From the NCBI GenBank assembly GCA_964427715.1, contig CAYRUV010000002.1, positions 85,663 to 149,662 of the forward strand: 64,000 bases of DNA. The letters are read 5' to 3'. Made by a program: the position numbers and the translations under genes. A model generated the notes under the pieces. The model made no database searches. It worked only from the letters and a program-made list of their open reading frames with translations, and was not told the DNA's origin. Numbering within the stretch: position 1 is the first letter of the stretch; each line of letters begins with the position of its first letter. Origin of the DNA: an uncultured archaeon (GTDB taxonomy: Archaea > Iainarchaeota > Iainarchaeia > Iainarchaeales > VGJJ01). This document shows, one piece after another, positions 62,335 to 64,000 of this stretch.

Positions 62335-62598
62335 CTATTTTCTCTTCTTTAGCTTTTGCGCTATGCGGAAGGGGCGGGTTCTCCGGTGGATAAGAATGGC
62401 CACTCCCAAAAGGACGAGGAATGAAATCACGTTGTAGGGGAAAGGAACCACATTCCAGTCAGGGTCCAAATACAATGCAATGGCCAGTGCGATGCAGACG
62501 GCCAGCATCATTTCTCCGACGAATAACACGATGATCCGCGGGTCGTTTTTCATCTGGGTCCACTTGTATCCGAGGATTTCTCGCACGGAGACATCCAT
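62335..62598 (-). CDS. small two-TM membrane protein
   Basis: 87 aa from ATG 62598 (MDVSVREIL), with two hydrophobic helices and a basic tail. It lies 25 nt downstream of the Cys-repeat gene. Confidence 0.5.
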   Translation of the reverse strand: MDVSVREILGYKWTQMKNDPRIIVLFVGEMMLAVCIALAIALYLDPDWNVVPFPYNVISFLVLLGVAILIHRRTRPFRIAQKLKKRK

Positions 62599-62623
62599 CC
62601 ACGCATCCAGGGACTCCTTTTGC

Positions 62624-64000
62624 TTACGTGGCACTGAGACAATCCTCCATGGTGTTCTCATCAACAATGTTGTCGCACAAATCCTCGCTCTTGGCATCCA
62701 CGGCGATGGTGATCCAGCATGTGTCGCGGGCCAAGTAGGCTTGATAATCTTCCTTGACGGGCTTCAATGGTACATTTGAACAGGCAAGGAACTCGGAGAG
62801 CTTGACTCCTACTTTCGCGTAGCAGGTTCCCTTCATGATTTGATCTGCAATGTAGGTGCAGGGCGCATACGTGGCCACTTCCGGAGCTACTTCAAGGAGG
62901 CACTCGTATTGTTTCAGGGGATTTGTGGAGGAGATCTTGAGGCAATACATCCAGTCGTTCAATGCCATGGCTATGTCGGACACGCAGAGGTTCTTATCGG
63001 TCTTGTTTACTACCTTGTCGCACGAGGCTTTGTCGTCTAGGTCCATGGAAATAGTGGAGTAGCACGCATCCTTGGTGGAGACTCCTTGAATCTGCTCGCA
63101 CCACTCCGGGTGCTTGCTTGATTTGGCCGCAGCGTAGATACACTGGTCTTTTTCCGCAGGAACTGTGATGTTTTCGCATGGCGTCAAGTCCTTCGTGACG
63201 GCCGAGACGGCGGACAAACAACTATTGACTACATTTCCGTCTGCAATCAGCATACAGGGATCCGGGGATGGAATCTTCAGGGCGACCGACTTCAAGCAAT
63301 CATTCAATTCCGACTCCGTCGAGATGGGCTGGCACAGGGAGGAGTTGAGCTTGGTCACGGCCAACTCTCCATAACAGGCATCCCGATAGTTCTTCTCATC
63401 GGTGGCAACCACCAGCTGGGCACAGATGGTAGGATCCTTATTCTTGAGGGCGACTCCGAGGAGACATTCGTCTTTGGGCAATCCCTCCAGGATGCTGCAC
63501 GAATTCACGAGCCCTGTTCCCGCGACGAGCGAGAGGCAATTGGCCTTGGTGAGGGGCGTCACGATGCTGTCGCAGATGGCCGTGTCTCCCGTTGCTTGGG
63601 CGATGTCCGAGTAGCAGTCCTCGCGCGTTTCTTTTCCAATAATCTTGCCGCAGATTCCAGGTTGGCTGTTAGTGACGGCGTTCTGATGATAACACGTGTC
63701 CAATGATTCTACGGTGGAGGAACCCGTACACACGCTTGCCGTGGCGGCGGCCGTCTGCACTTGGCTCAAGCAGGAGGCCTTGAGGGCCGGAGTCTCGATT
63801 CCCCCACACGCGGGCTCACTGATTTGCGCCACGGCCACTTTCAATAGGCAGCTTTCGCGGGTGAATTGGTCGGTGATTTTGTTACAAGCCGAACTATCAT
63901 TCGCGAGGGGCGCCACGAGTGCGTAGCAGGATTGTCGTGCATCACTAGAGTCAATCATGTCACACGTCCCTGCTTTCTTGGTGGCCTCGGCCACGTCGGT
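62624..64000 (-). CDS. Cys-repeat protein, 17 tandem units of about 26 aa (C-x11-C-x13); the 5' end may lie beyond the window
   Basis: The open frame runs to the window edge. The two-Cys period is regular (for example CDMIDSSDARQSCYALVAPLANDSSA / CNKITDQFTRESCLLKVAVAQISEPA ...), giving 34 Cys in 456 aa. Confidence 0.75.
   Translation of the reverse strand, partial: TDVAEATKKAGTCDMIDSSDARQSCYALVAPLANDSSACNKITDQFTRESCLLKVAVAQISEPACGGIETPALKASCLSQVQTAAATASVCTGSSTVESLDTCYHQNAVTNSQPGICGKIIGKETREDCYSDIAQATGDTAICDSIVTPLTKANCLSLVAGTGLVNSCSILEGLPKDECLLGVALKNKDPTICAQLVVATDEKNYRDACYGELAVTKLNSSLCQPISTESELNDCLKSVALKIPSPDPCMLIADGNVVNSCLSAVSAVTKDLTPCENITVPAEKDQCIYAAAKSSKHPEWCEQIQGVSTKDACYSTISMDLDDKASCDKVVNKTDKNLCVSDIAMALNDWMYCLKISSTNPLKQYECLLEVAPEVATYAPCTYIADQIMKGTCYAKVGVKLSEFLACSNVPLKPVKEDYQAYLARDTCWITIAVDAKSEDLCDNIVDENTMEDCLSAT

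Overview
This 64-kb window is from an archaeal chromosome. The evidence is the gene content: eS28, eL24, eS6, eS24, eS27a and L7Ae ribosomal proteins, aIF5B, aIF2-gamma, TFE, Rpo7, Spt4, Kae1, RibL, Taw1, Trm56 and an A1:U72 initiator tRNA. A small-genome, DPANN-like origin is only an impression. Gene packing is tight, with many ATGA overlaps and TATA boxes about 26 nt upstream of start codons (leaderless mRNAs). No rRNA, CRISPR array or transposase is visible. Layout: 1-14.9 kb holds stress and membrane genes, two tRNA-Lys genes, a 2,615-aa FG-GAP-repeat surface giant and two copies of an unrecognised two-gene surface module. At 14.9-15.4 kb lie tRNA-iMet and a 340-bp AT-rich spacer, where strand composition flips polarity. 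At 15.4-27.6 kb lies a lower-GC stretch with a tyrosine recombinase, orphan genes and a 1,173-aa doubly anchored protein. At 27.6-42.6 kb lies a roughly 15-kb type-IV-filament (Tad/Epd-like) locus. It has six class-III-signal pilin-like proteins (up to 1,058 aa), a FlaI/TadA-type ATPase, a split TadB/TadC-like platform and two KaiC-like proteins. At 43.9-48.3 kb lie a third copy of the surface module and more envelope proteins. At 48.3-62 kb lie conserved translation, transcription and dTTP-synthesis genes. The window ends in a partial Cys-repeat protein. The best candidates for something undescribed are the thrice-repeated A+B surface module, the atypical filament locus with its nested VWA/propeller pilin, and the composition switch that may mark a replication origin. 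All calls come from reading the sequence and ORF translations; no searches were run.
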